A stretch of DNA of 64,000 bases from Chiloscyllium plagiosum (Eukaryota). A program made the translations under genes and the position numbers. Under the pieces are notes generated by a model that saw only the letters and a program-made list of their open reading frames with translations, was not told where the DNA came from and did not search any database. The DNA lies in NCBI RefSeq assembly GCF_004010195.1, contig NC_057737.1:29994875-30058874 (forward strand), written 5' to 3'. This document shows positions 1-10,776 of the stretch, piece by piece (position 1 is the first letter of the stretch; the number at the start of each line of letters is the position of its first letter).

Positions 1-156
1 CAGTTTCTTGAATGTGGATTATCCTCAAGTGCTTCAGTGTGATAGAGTCATAGAGATGTACAGCACGGCAACAGACCCTTCGGTCCAACTCTTCCATGCC
101 GACCAGATATCCCAACCCAATCTAGTCCCACCTGCCAGCACCTGGTCCATATCCCT

Positions 157-389
157 TAAAGCTGAAAATGTGTTGCTGGAACAGCACAGCAGGTCAGGCA
201 GCATCCAGGGAACAGGAGAATCAATGTTTCGGGCATAAGCCCTTCTTCAGAAATGCCAAGGTTCCTGAAGAAGGGCTTATGCCCGAAACGTCGATTCTCC
301 TGTTCCCTGGATGCTGCCTGACCTGCTGTGCTGTTCCAGCAACACATTTTCAGCTCTGATCTCCAGCATCTGCAGACCTCACTTTCTCC
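157..389 (+). mobile_element. Penelope-like element (PLE) terminal-repeat hairpin insertion, family A
   Basis: Inverted arms of about 90 bp (161-250 and 265-354), plus a 3' extension (TCTGATCTCCAGCATCTGCAGACCTCACTTTCTCC). Flanked by the direct repeat CCATATCCCT (147-156 / 388-397), which is single in the uninterrupted CR1 copy near 58588. Confidence 0.8.
265..292 (+). ncRNA. Minimal hammerhead ribozyme core (putative)
   Basis: CTGAAGA-A-GGGC-TTAT-GCCC-GAAA-CG-TC gives the CUGANGA box, stem II, GAAA, a palindromic ACGT mini-stem III and a GUC cleavage triplet. Stem I pairing is weak. Confidence 0.55.
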
Positions 390-1028
390 ATATCCCTGCA
401 ACCCTTCCTATTCATATACCCATCCAGGTGCCTTTTAAATGTTGCAATTGTACCAGCCTCCACCACTTCCTTTGGCGGCTCATTCCATACATGTACCAGT
501 CTGAGTGAAAACGTTGCCCCTTAGGTCTCTTTTACATGTTTCCCCTCTCCCCCTAAACCTATGCCCTCTACTTCTGGACTCCCCACCCCAGGGAAAAGAC
601 TTTGCCTATTTACCCTATCCATGCCCCTTAATTTTATAAACCTTTATAAGGTCACCCCTCAGCCTCTGACGCTCCAGGGAAAACAGCCCCAGCCCATTCG
701 ACCTCTCCATATAGCTCAAATCCTCCAACCTTGGCAACATCCTTGTAAATCTTTTCTGAACCCTTTCAAGTTTCACAACATCTTTCCCATAGGAAGGAGA
801 CCAGAATTGCATGCAGAATTCCAACAGTGGCCTTACCTTGACCTCCCAACCCCTGTACTCAATACTCTGACCAATAAAGGAAAGCATACCAAACGCCTTC
901 TTCACTATCCTATCTACCTGCAACTCCACTTTTAAGGAGCTATGAACCTGCACTCCATGTGAGAATTTATTCAAAAGGTTACTTTCAGCTTTGGTAGAAC
1001 AGAACATCAACCACAACAGGCAAAACCT

Positions 1029-1433
1029 AGTTAAAAATCACACAACACTAGGTTATAGTCCAACAGGTTTATTTGGAAATACAAGCTTTCAGAGAGCTGC
1101 TCCTTTGTCAGGTAGCTAGTGGGGCAGGATCACTTTCCTATGATCCAGCTCTACAAGCTACCTGACAGAGGAGCAGCGTTCCAAAATTTCATACTTCCAA
1201 ATACAGAGGAACCTCGATTATCCGAATGACATGGGCAGGGAGTATTTTGTTCAGATAATCAAATGCTAGATAACACAGTTTAGCCAAGCATCAGGACTGT
1301 TGTTCGAATAATCTGAAATTCAGATAATTTAATGCCTGACAATCAAAGTTACTCTGTAAACCTATTAGACAATAACCTAGTGTTATGTGATTTTAATTTT
1401 GTCCACCCCAGTCCAACACTGGCACCTCCACAT
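1029..1433 (+). mobile_element. PLE terminal-repeat hairpin insertion, family B (degenerate), with a nested MITE
   Basis: Left arm 1033-1117 (AAAATCACACAACACTAGGTTATAGTCCAACAGGTTTATTTGGAA..) is the reverse complement of 1156-1203 plus 1359-1394. Flanking direct repeat CAGG(C/A)AAAACCT at 1017-1028 / 1434-1445. Confidence 0.7.
1204..1356. mobile_element. Tc1/mariner-pogo (Tigger-like) MITE
   Basis: TIRs CAGAGGAACCTCGATT / AATCAAAGTTACTCTG with a TA target duplication (1202-1203, 1357-1358). Removing it restores TTCCAAATAAACCT, the complement of the host hairpin's left arm. Confidence 0.8.
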
Positions 1434-2055
1434 CAGGAAAAACCTTTTAATTGCAATGACATGGAGTTAACATTAACATGGCATGGCCATACTTGCACTA
1501 TGGAATGTTCTCTTCACATGTTGAAACCCATTAAAGTTAATGGTTGCTGTTATGATTAACATAGACCACAATGGGCCAGTTTTTGTCCTGAAGATAAAAT
1601 ATCACGAGTAAATTTGTGGGCACACAGTGCTTAATTAACAAATATAGTGCTGCAGGTTTGTAATCACTTTAAAATTGTCAGGTGAAAGAGATTTAGGTAG
1701 AAGCTCATCACATTTGTAAAGCTAAACTTTTCCCACATTGTGAAAGCATTGTTTAACCCCTTTTGATATTTGCCCATCTCTTACAAAGAAACTAAAGAGC
1801 ATCAACATTTGTTGAAAGATACCTGTTCAATAGCCTTAAGACACATAGTATTTCATAGTCATATGTTATATATGCTCAATTTAGAGCAGTCTTACTGTTG
1901 GACTTTCTCATCTAGCTCACCAGCCTATAAAACTGGTATGAGCAATGGAATTGTGGAGTGTATCTATTTGTACAAGAGTTACAGTTTAGTAATATGTGGG
2001 TGTGTGTGTATGTTCAACTCTAAATTGAATTCTGAATTTTGGAATACATACGACT

Positions 2056-2365
2056 GAGGAGTCAGCCATATGGCTCCTGGAACCTACTCCACCATTCAAT
2101 AAAATTATAATGGATCTGATTTTAACCTCAAATCAACTGCCTGCCCACCCCTCTCAACTTTTCACTTCCTTCCTTACCAATAATTTATCAATTTCTGTCT
2201 TAAAGATGTTCAAAGAATCTACTTCAACCAGCTTCTCAGAGAGTTCAAAAAATGCACAATCCTAAAACAAAGATAAGGTTAATCTTTGTTTTAATGGCTG
2301 ACTCCAATTTGAAGCAGCAACCCCTAATTCTAGAGTATCCAAAAGTGGAAGCATCCTCTCCACAT
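2056..2365 (-). mobile_element. Old CR1 3'-end remnant
   Basis: Degenerate match to the reverse complement of the CR1 3' region at 35900-36198. Confidence 0.55.
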
Positions 2366-2377
2366 CTAATCTGTCAA

Positions 2378-3995
2378 GAGATATTAAATGAGTATTTTGC
2401 ATTAGTATCTACTGTGGAAAAGAACATGGAAGATATAGAATGTGGGGGAATAGATGGTGACATCTTGCAAAATTTCCATGTTACAGAGGAGGAAGTGCTG
2501 GGTGTCTTAAAATGCATAAAGGTGGATAAATCCCCAGGACCTGATCAGATGTACCCTCTGTGGGAAGCTAGGGAAGTGATTTCTGGGCCCCTTGCTAAAT
2601 ATTTGGATCATCAATCGTCCCAGGTGAGGTGCTAGAAGACTGGAGGTTGGCTAAAGCGGTGCCACTATTTAAGAAAGGTGGTAAGGAAAAGCCAGGGAAC
2701 TATAGGCCAGTGAGCCTGAATCGGTGGTAGGCAAGTTGTTGGAGGGAATTCTGAAGGACAGGATGTACATGTATTTGGAAAGGTGAGGGCTGATTAGGGA
2801 CAGCCAACATAGCTTTGTGAGTGGGAAATCATGTCTCACCAATTTGATTGCGTTTTTTGAAGAAGTAACAAAGAGGATTGATGAGGGCAAGCAGTTGAGG
2901 GAGAACTAGCCATTTGGATACAGAACTTGGTCGAAGGTAGAAGATAGAGGGTGGCAGTGGTGGAGGGTTGCTTTTCAGACTGTGACCAGTGGTATGCCAC
3001 AAGGATCAGTGCTGGGTCCACTGCTTTTGTTATTTATATACATGATTTGAATGTGAACATAGGAGGTATGGTTAGTAAGTTTGCAGATGATACCAAAATT
3101 GGAGGTGCAGTGGACAGCGAAGAAGGTTACCTCAGATTACGACAGGATCTTGATCAGATGGGCCAATGGGCCAAGGAGTGGCAGATGGAGTTTAATTTAG
3201 ATAAATGTGAGGTGCTGCATTTTGGAAAAGCAAATCAGGGCAGGACTTATACACTTAACGGTAAAGTCCAGGGAAGTGTTGCTGAACAAAGAGACCTTGG
3301 AGTGCAGGTTTATAGTTCTTTGAAAGTGGAATCACAGGTTGACAGGATAGTGAAGAAGGTACTTAGTATGCTTTCATTTATTGTTCAGAGCATTGAGTGT
3401 AGGAGTTGGGGGTCATGTTGCGGTTGTACAGGACATTGGTTAGGCCACTTTTGGAATATTGTGTGCAATTCGGGTCTCGCTTTAATAGCAAGGATGTTGT
3501 GAAACTTGAAAGGGTTCAGAAAAGATTTACAACAGTGTTGCCAAGGTTTGGAGGGTTTGAGCTATAGGGAAAGGCTGAATAGGCTGAGGTTGTTTTCCCT
3601 GGAGCGTCGGAGACTGAGGGGTGAGGTTGATAAAATCATGAGGGGCATGGATAGGGTAAATAGATAAGGTCTTTTCCCTGAGGTGGGGGGAGTCCAGAAC
3701 TAGAGGGCAGTGGTTTAAGGTGAGAGGGGAAAGATTTAAAAGGGACCCAAGAGGTAACTTTTTCACATAGAGGGTGATACGTGTATGGAATGAGCTGCCA
3801 GAGGAAGTGGTGGAGGCTGGTACAATTACAGAATTTAAAAAGGCATCTGGATGGGTATATGAATAGGAAGCATTTAGAGGGATATGGGCCAAGTGCTGTC
3901 AAATCAGACTAGGTTTATTTAGGATATCTGGTCGGCATGGACATGTTGGACCGATGGGTCTGTTTCTGTGCTGTACATCTCTATGACTCTGTGAC
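2378..3995 (+). mobile_element. CR1-clade LINE (HER1-like), 5'-truncated, RT pseudogenised
   Basis: Segments [37 protein letters not shown] and QMEFNLDKCEVLHFG occur across frameshifts, stops and deletions. The tail CTCTATGACTCTGTGAC is at about 3979-3995. Confidence 0.95.
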
Positions 3996-4419
3996 CCTTC
4001 AGGATATTACATGCTTCAATCAATTTAATGAAGATATATGACAGGCAGACATATAGTTTCATGAATAAAGCATTGTTTATGATAATATGGTCAATGAACA
4101 ATACCACTTGAAATTATTTCCAGCATTTTGAGATGTTTAAAGTGATATCTTGTGGTAACATTCATCCTTGAAAATGCTTTTTAAATTGAAGCATATGAAG
4201 AGCAGGAAATTTGTTTCCAACTTAAAAGTGATACATTTTCTCATTTTGACATGCTAACTAAGTGGAATCATTTGCAGGCACTGTGATTTTAGATATCTCG
4301 CTTCTGGTCTGTGTCAGTCTGGTTCTCCAGAACTGTAAACACACATGAAGACCTCTTTTATGATGTTTTTAAGAGTTTTAGAAATGTTATCAGTTTTGTT
4401 TTGTTTCTGTTTCTAAAGA

Positions 4420-5007
4420 TAATGCACAGGTACAAAAACAATCAAATAGACTAATGGAATTGGCCTTTATCTCAAGGTGGCTGGATTGCAAAGACAAATA
4501 CGTTAAGCTTCAGTTATACAGAGCCTCAGGAAAGATAGATTGGCCTTGGAGGAGGCACATCACAGATTCACCAGAATATTATTTGTGCAGTGAGAGCTAA
4601 ATTATGAGGACAGGTTAAATAAACTTTGCTTGTGTTCCATTGAGTGTAGAAGATTTATGGGTGGTTAAATCAAAGACTCAATGATTTTAAGCAGTAGATG
4701 CACAGAAGTTAGTTCCTCTGAAAATTAGAGGAATAGAACAAGGAAGCTTAATCTTTAGAATGACACAGTTAAGAATAGAAAGTACTTGATACAATACGGT
4801 GTGGTGAATATCTTAAATTGCTCTCAAAAAGGTGGTGAATACTTACTCACTTAAAATCTTCAAGACTAAGATTAAAGACTTTGGTTGATCCATGGTATGA
4901 AAGCTGTGGAACAAAAGATGAGTGAATGGAGTTGAGGTAGAAACAGATTCAGCTAAAATCTGAACAAATGCTTTACTCCTGTTCCTAGATTATGTATTTT
5001 ATGTTTC
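4420..5007 (+). mobile_element. Old, highly diverged CR1 3' remnant
   Basis: Degenerate colinearity with CR1 ORF2 C-terminal DNA (..GGCCTTGGAGGAGG..AGATTCACCAGAAT..TTATGAGGACAGGTT) and a 3' hairpin/tail (CTCCTGTTCCTA). Confidence 0.55.
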
Positions 5008-5009
5008 TT

Positions 5010-6656
5010 TTCTTTGAGGAGGTGACCAACATGTGGATGAGGGTAGAGCAGTGTACATGGATGTAGTGTACATGGATTTTAGTAAGGCATTTGATAAGGT
5101 TCCCCATGGTAGGCTTATGCGGAACTTACAAGTCTTATTGAATTCTTTGAGGAGGTGACCAAGCATGTGGATGTAGTATACATGGGATTTTAGTAAGGCA
5201 TTTGATAAGATTCACCATGGTAGGCTTATGCGGAAAGTCAGGAGGCATGGGATAGAGGGAAATTTGGCCAGTTGGATAGAAAACTGGCCAACCGGTCGAA
5301 GTCAGAGAATGGTGGTAGATGGTAAATATTCAGCCTGGAGCCCAGTTACAAGTGGAGTTCTGCAGGGATCAGTTCTGGGTCCTCTGCTGTTTGTAATTTT
5401 TATTAATGACTTGGAAGAGGGAGTTGAAGGGTGGGTCAGTAAATTTGCAGATGATACGAAGATTGGTGGAGTTGTGGATAGTGAGGAGAGCTGTTGTCGG
5501 CTGCAAAGNNNNNNNNNNNNNNNNNNNNNNNNNNNNNNNNNNNNNNNNNNNNNNNNNNNNNNNNNNNNNNNNNNNNNNNNNNNNNNNNNNNNNNNNNNNN
5601 NNNNNNNNNNNNNNNNNNNNNNNNNNNNNNNNNNNNNNNNNNNNNNNNNNNNNNNNNNNNNNNNNNNNNNNNNNNNNNNNNNNNNNNNNNNNNNNNNNNN
5701 NNNNNNNNNNNNNNNNNNNNNNNNNNNNNNNNNNNNNNNNNNNNNNNNNNNNNNNNNNNNNNNNNNNNNNNNNNNNNNNNNNNNNNNNNNNNNNNNNNNN
5801 NNNNNNNNNNNNNNNNNNNNNNNNNNNNNNNNNNNNNNNNNNNNNNNNNNNNNNNNNNNNNNNNNNNNNNNNNNNNNNNNNNNNNNNNNNNNNNNNNNNN
5901 NNNNNNNNNNNNNNNNNNNNNNNNNNNNNNNNNNNNNNNNNNNNNNNNNNNNNNNNNNNNNNNNNNNNNNNNNNNNNNNNNNNNNNNNNNNNNNNNNNNN
6001 NNNNNNNNNNNNNNNNNNNNNNNNNNNNNNNNNNNNNNNNNNNNNNNNNNNNNNNNNNNNNNNNNNNNNNNNNNNNNNNNNNNNNNNNNNNNNNNNNNNN
6101 NNNNNNNNNNNNNNNNNNNNNNNNNNNNNNNNNNNNNNNNNNNNNNNNNNNNNNNNNNNNNNNNNNNNNNNNNNNNNNNNNNNNNNNNNNNNNNNNNNNN
6201 NNNNNNNNNNNNNNNNNNNNNNNNNNNNNNNNNNNNNNNNNNNNNNNNNNNNNNNNNNNNNNNNNNNNNNNNNNNNNNNNNNNNNNNNNNNNNNNNNNNN
6301 NNNNNNNNNNNNNNNNNNNNNNNNNNNNNNNNNNNNNNNNNNNNNNNNNNNNNNNNNNNNNNNNNNNNNNNNNNNNNNNNNNNNNNNNNNNNNNNNNNNN
6401 NNNNNNNNNNNNNNNNNNNNNNNNNNNNNNNNNNNNNNNNNNNNNNNNATAGGGGAGATGTAGGTTCTTTACCCAGAGACTGGTGGGGGCATGGAATGCG
6501 CTGCCTGTGGGAGTGGCAGAGTCAGAATCATTGGTGACCTTTAAGCGGCAATTGGATAGGTACATGGTGGGTGCTTAAGCTAGGACAAATGTTCGGCACA
6601 ACATCGTGGGCCGAAGGGCCTGTTCTGTACTGTATTGTTCTATGTTCTATGTTCTA
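5010..6656 (+). mobile_element. CR1 LINE spanning an assembly gap (N 5509-6448), with a duplicated 5' segment
   Basis: [31 protein letters not shown] and [11 protein letters not shown] before the gap. After the gap comes a 3' UTR ending (TGTTCTA)x3. Confidence 0.9.
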
Positions 6657-7542
6657 AATGGTGAATATGAACAAAAGCCAGAAGGACCTATTTCTCCTTG
6701 GAGCTTGACTTCCAATTCTACTCTTGCTGTCTTGGAGTTGTTCTTGGATACTGTAAATCAGAATGCAAAGGAGATTCCTGCCAGCCATTTGTTGGAAAGC
6801 AAGCTACAGCCTCCACCATTGCTATCCATAACTTCAGATTAGAACATGTGTATGGAAGTGTATGTTACTGCAGCAACTCAAACTCCTATTGTGTTCTCTA
6901 ACATACTTGGGAGAAATGAAAACGTGAGGCTGGATCTTGAAACTGAATGTGCTGCATCAGAGAATCATGATTCTACCACAGATGCATAGACCCATACTTG
7001 TCACTGACCCTGCACATCAGATCATTTATATTTCCAAGTACAAATCTCCCCCTCCATTGTTACCTGCACTTCTCCAATGTTCAACTATCCTTAGGTAATT
7101 TACTTTTCATAACTGAAGCTAGTACTATGAGTATTAATTTTAAAGAGCTTTTTGGTGTTGAATTGTTGAGAAAAGTAATTTGAAACAAAGGAAACCTACA
7201 CTGATTAGCTGTACAATAGCTTAAAAAGGACACAGTCAAAGCTATGCCAGCTGTGGAGAGACAGAAAGAATGAACATTTCAGGCTGTGAAACTTCGGTCA
7301 CAGATGCTTCCAGATATGCCAAGCATTTCCAACAATTTTGGTTTTCACCATGAAAATGATAAATTCCTGTTCATAATCTAAAATCTATTGCGGCTTTCCT
7401 TTCTCAACTCTTTTATTGCAAAATTTTACCATGTTTGATAAAATGGATTAATACCTTTACTAAAACAACAGACGAAACATAGCGTACAAACGTGCTGAGC
7501 AATTGTCATCTAATATTGTTGAGATTAACCTTTAGGCTGTGG

Positions 7543-8907
7543 TATAGAGTCATAGTATCAGAGTTGTACAGTATGGAAACAAGCCATTCGGTCCAAATCA
7601 TCCATGCTGACCAGATATTCTAAATTAACCTTCTCTCATTTGCCAACATTTGGCACAGATCCCTCTAAACCTTCCTATTCATGTATCCATCCAGATGCCT
7701 CTTCAATGTTATAATTGTACCAGCCTCCACCATTTCCTCTGGCAGCCCATTCCATACATGCATCATCCTCTGCATGAAAATGTTGCCACATTAGTCCATT
7801 TTAAATCTTTCCCCTCTCATCTTAAACCTACTACTCTTTTGGACTCTCCTACACCAGGGAAGAAACTTAGGCTATTCACCCTTTCCATGCCCCTGATGAC
7901 TTTATAAACCTCCGATGCTCCAGGGAAAATAGTTCCAGCCTATTCAACTTCTCCCTATAGCTTAAACCCTCCAACCCCAGCAACAACCTTGTAAATATTT
8001 TCCAAACCCTTTCAAGTTTAATAACATATTTCCGACAGCAGGAAGACCAGATGTGCACACACTATTTCAAACGTGGCCTAACCAATGTCCTGTACAACAT
8101 GATATCCCAACTCGTACTCTCAATGCAGTATGCATAAAGTCAAGCATACCAACTTCTTTCTTCACTACACTGTCCACCTGCGACTCCACTTTCAAGGAAC
8201 TATGAGCCTGCACCCAAGATCTATTTGTTTGGCAACACTCCCCAGGACGTTACCCTTATGTATAGAAGTCCTGCCCTGATTTGCCTTACCAAAATGCAAC
8301 ACGTCAAGTTTATCTAAATTAAATTCCATCTGCCACTCCTCAGCCCATCTGATCAAGGTCCTCTTGTCCTCTGGGATAACCTCCTTCGCTGTCCACTATC
8401 CCTCCAATTTGGTGTGATCTGCAAACTTACTGACAATACCTCCTGTGTTCATATCCAAATCATTTTATATAAAAAATGAAAAGCAGTGGACCCAGCACCG
8501 ATCCTTGTGGCACTCCACTGGTCACAGGTCTCCAATCTGAAAAACAACCCTCCACCACAACCCTCTGTCTCCTACCTTTAGGCCAATTTTGTATCCAAAT
8601 GGCTCGCTTTCCCTGAATTCCATGTGATCTAATCTTGCTAACCAGTCTACCATGTAGGACCTTGTCAAATGCTTTGATGAAGTCCATAAAGACAATGTTC
8701 ACCACTCTGCCTTCATCAACCCTCTTTGTCATTTCTTCAAAAACACAATCAAGTTAGTGAGATATGAGCTCCTGTGCAAAAAGCCATGTTGACTTATCCC
8801 TAAGCAGTCCTTGCCTTTCAAATACATGTAACTCCTGTATCTCCGAATCCCCTTCAATACCTTACCCACCACTGATGTCAGGCTTGCCACTCTGTAGTTC
8901 CCGGACT
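7543..8907 (-). mobile_element. CR1 LINE (HER1-like), 3' part
   Basis: Minus ORF 8460..8732 has [28 protein letters not shown] and 7876..8058 has KLERVWKIFTRLL. The tail is at 7543-7580. Confidence 0.92.
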
Positions 8908-10170
8908 TAGGAAGGTGGTGCTGAGTTTGAGGGTTGGGACTGTGACAAGGTGGGGGGAGGGGAAATGAGGAAACTGGAGAAATCTGAGTTCATCCCTTGT
9001 GGTTGGAGGGTTCCTAGGCGGAAGATGAGGCGCTCTTCCTCCAGCCGTCATGTTGCTACGGTCTGGCGATGGAGGAGTCCAAGGACCTGCATGTCCTTGG
9101 TGGAGTGGGACGGGGAGTTGAAGTGTTGAGCCATGGGGTGGTGGGTTGGTTGGTCCGGGTGTCCCAGAAGTGTTCTCTGAAACGTTCCGCAAGTAGGCGG
9201 CCTGTCTCCCCAATGTAGAGGAGGCCACATCGGGTGCAGCGGATGCAGTAAATGATGTGTGTGGAGTGCAGGTGAATTTGTGGCTGATATGGAAGGATCC
9301 CTTGGGGCCTTGGAGGGAAGTAAGGGGGGAGGTGTGGGCGCAAGTTTTGCATTTCTTGCGGTTGCAGGGGAAGGTGCCGGGAGTGGAGGTTGGGTTGGTG
9401 GAGGGCGTGGACCTGACGAGGTAGTCACGGAGGGAGTGGTCTTTTCGGAACGCTGATAGGGGAGGGGAGGGAAATATATNNNNNNNNNNNNNNNNNNNNN
9501 NNNNNNNNNNNNNNNNNNNNNNNNNNNNNNNNNNNNNNNNNNNNNNNNNNNNNNNNNNNNNNNNNNNNNNNNNNNNNNNNNNNNNNNNNNNNNNNNNNNN
9601 NNNNNNNNNNNNNNNNNNNNNNNNNNNNNNNNNNNNNNNNNNNNNNNNNNNNNNNNNNNNNNNNNNNNNNNNCGGTATTGGAACTGGTCCTCCTGGGAGC
9701 AGATGCGGTGGAGACGAAGGAATTGGGAATATGGGATAGCGTTTTTACAGGGGGCAGGGTGGGAGGAGGTGTAGTCTAGGTAGATGTGGGAGTCGGTCAG
9801 TTTATAGTAAATGTCCGTGTTGATTCGGTCGTCCGAGGTAGAAATGGAGAGGTGTAGGAAGGGGAGGGAGGAGTCTGAGACAGTCCAGGTAAAGTTGAGG
9901 TCAGGGTGGAAGGTGTTAGTAAAGTGGATGAACTGTTCAACCTCCTCGTGGGAGCACAAGGCAGCTCCGATACAGTCATCAATGTAGCGGAGGAAAAGGT
10001 GGGGGGTGGTGCCAGTGTAGCTGCGGAAGATGGACTGTTCCACATATCCTATGAAGAGGCAGGCATAGCTGGGGCCCATGCGGGTGCCCATGGCTACTCC
10101 TTTGGTTTGGAGGAAGTGGGAGGATTGGAAAGAGAAGTTGTTCATAGTGAGGACCAGTTCAGTCAGTCAA
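8908..10170 (-). mobile_element. Penelope-like retroelement, probably Neptune clade: RT C-half, Cys-rich linker and GIY-YIG endonuclease, truncated and frameshifted
   Basis: RT motifs GVAMGTRMGPSYACLF, LRYIDD and LPFL..DIYYK.TD. Linker PCNRKKCKTCAH. Endonuclease IIYCIRCTRCGLLYIGETGR.LAERFREH..HF..H, ending LGTLQPQGMN. Contains gap 9480-9672. Confidence 0.92.
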
Positions 10171-10303
10171 AGGACCTCCACGGGGTCCACGGCTATTGGG
10201 AACAACACCGTTTCTGCCGTCGCCTCAGCCACTTCCGCCCCCGGGGTTGCCGTCGCTGCAGCCACTTCCGCCCCAGTGACATTACTCACCTGCAGAATGA
10301 CCA

Positions 10304-10605
10304 CGCACTTTCTCCTGATCTTTGAGGGGCCCTATTCTCTCCCTAGATACTCTTTTGTATTTGTAATGTATTTGTAGAACTCTTTGGATCCTCCTAACCC
10401 TATTTGCCAAAGCTATCTCATGTCCCCTTTTCCCTCATGAGTGTTCTCCTACTGCTCTTACACTCCTCTAGGGATTCACTTGATCCCAAGTGTCAATACC
10501 TGACATATGCCTCCTCCCTTTTTTTGACCAGAGCTTCAATATCTCTAGACATCCAGCATTCCCGACACCTACCAGCCTTGCCCTTCACAGTAACAGGAAC
10601 ATATT
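10304..10605 (-). mobile_element. CR1 LINE fragment, probably the upstream part of the 7543-8907 copy
   Basis: Minus ORF segment KYVPVTVKGKAGRCRECWMSRDIEALVKKREEAY and RIGPLKDQ match the CR1 ORF2 region between endonuclease and RT. Confidence 0.8.
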
Positions 10606-10702
10606 TAATGGTAGAGCCTTGCTCAACTATGTAGTCTAGATCTGAAAATGTGTTGCTGGAAAAGCGCAGCAGGTCAGGCAGCATCCAGGGAACAGGAGAA
10701 TC

Positions 10703-10730
10703 GACGTTTCGGGCATAAGCCCTTCTTCAG
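10703..10730 (-). ncRNA. Minimal hammerhead ribozyme core (putative), mirror copy
   Basis: GACGTTTCGGGCATAAGCCCTTCTTCAG is the exact reverse complement of the core above. Confidence 0.55.
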
Positions 10731-10748
10731 GAATGAGAGCCCTCATTC

Positions 10749-10776
10749 CTGAAGAAGGGCTTATGCCCGAAACGTC
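10749..10776 (+). ncRNA. Minimal hammerhead ribozyme core (putative)
   Basis: CTGAAGAAGGGCTTATGCCCGAAACGTC, identical to 265-292. Confidence 0.55.

Larger units (their letters stand above)
41..957 (-). mobile_element. CR1-clade LINE (HER1-like), 5'-truncated 3' end, interrupted by a Penelope-derived hairpin at 157-389
   Basis: Minus ORF 615..1016 reads LEFCMQFWSP..KDVVKLERVQKRFTRMLP..RLRGDLIKVYKI, the CR1 ORF2 C-terminus. The (CTCTATGA)-type 3' tail is at 41-60. It closely matches the copies at 2378-3995, 27186-28530 and 58484-58953. Confidence 0.92.

Noticed and set aside
156-401. Near-identical ORFs on both strands (MCCWNSTAGQAASREQEN..)
   Set aside because: A consequence of the palindromic PLE insert, not a bidirectional gene.
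5228-6565. Long ORFs of 347-411 aa, and similar ones at 19673-20080 and 23671-23977
   Set aside because: Their length comes from translating through N-gaps.
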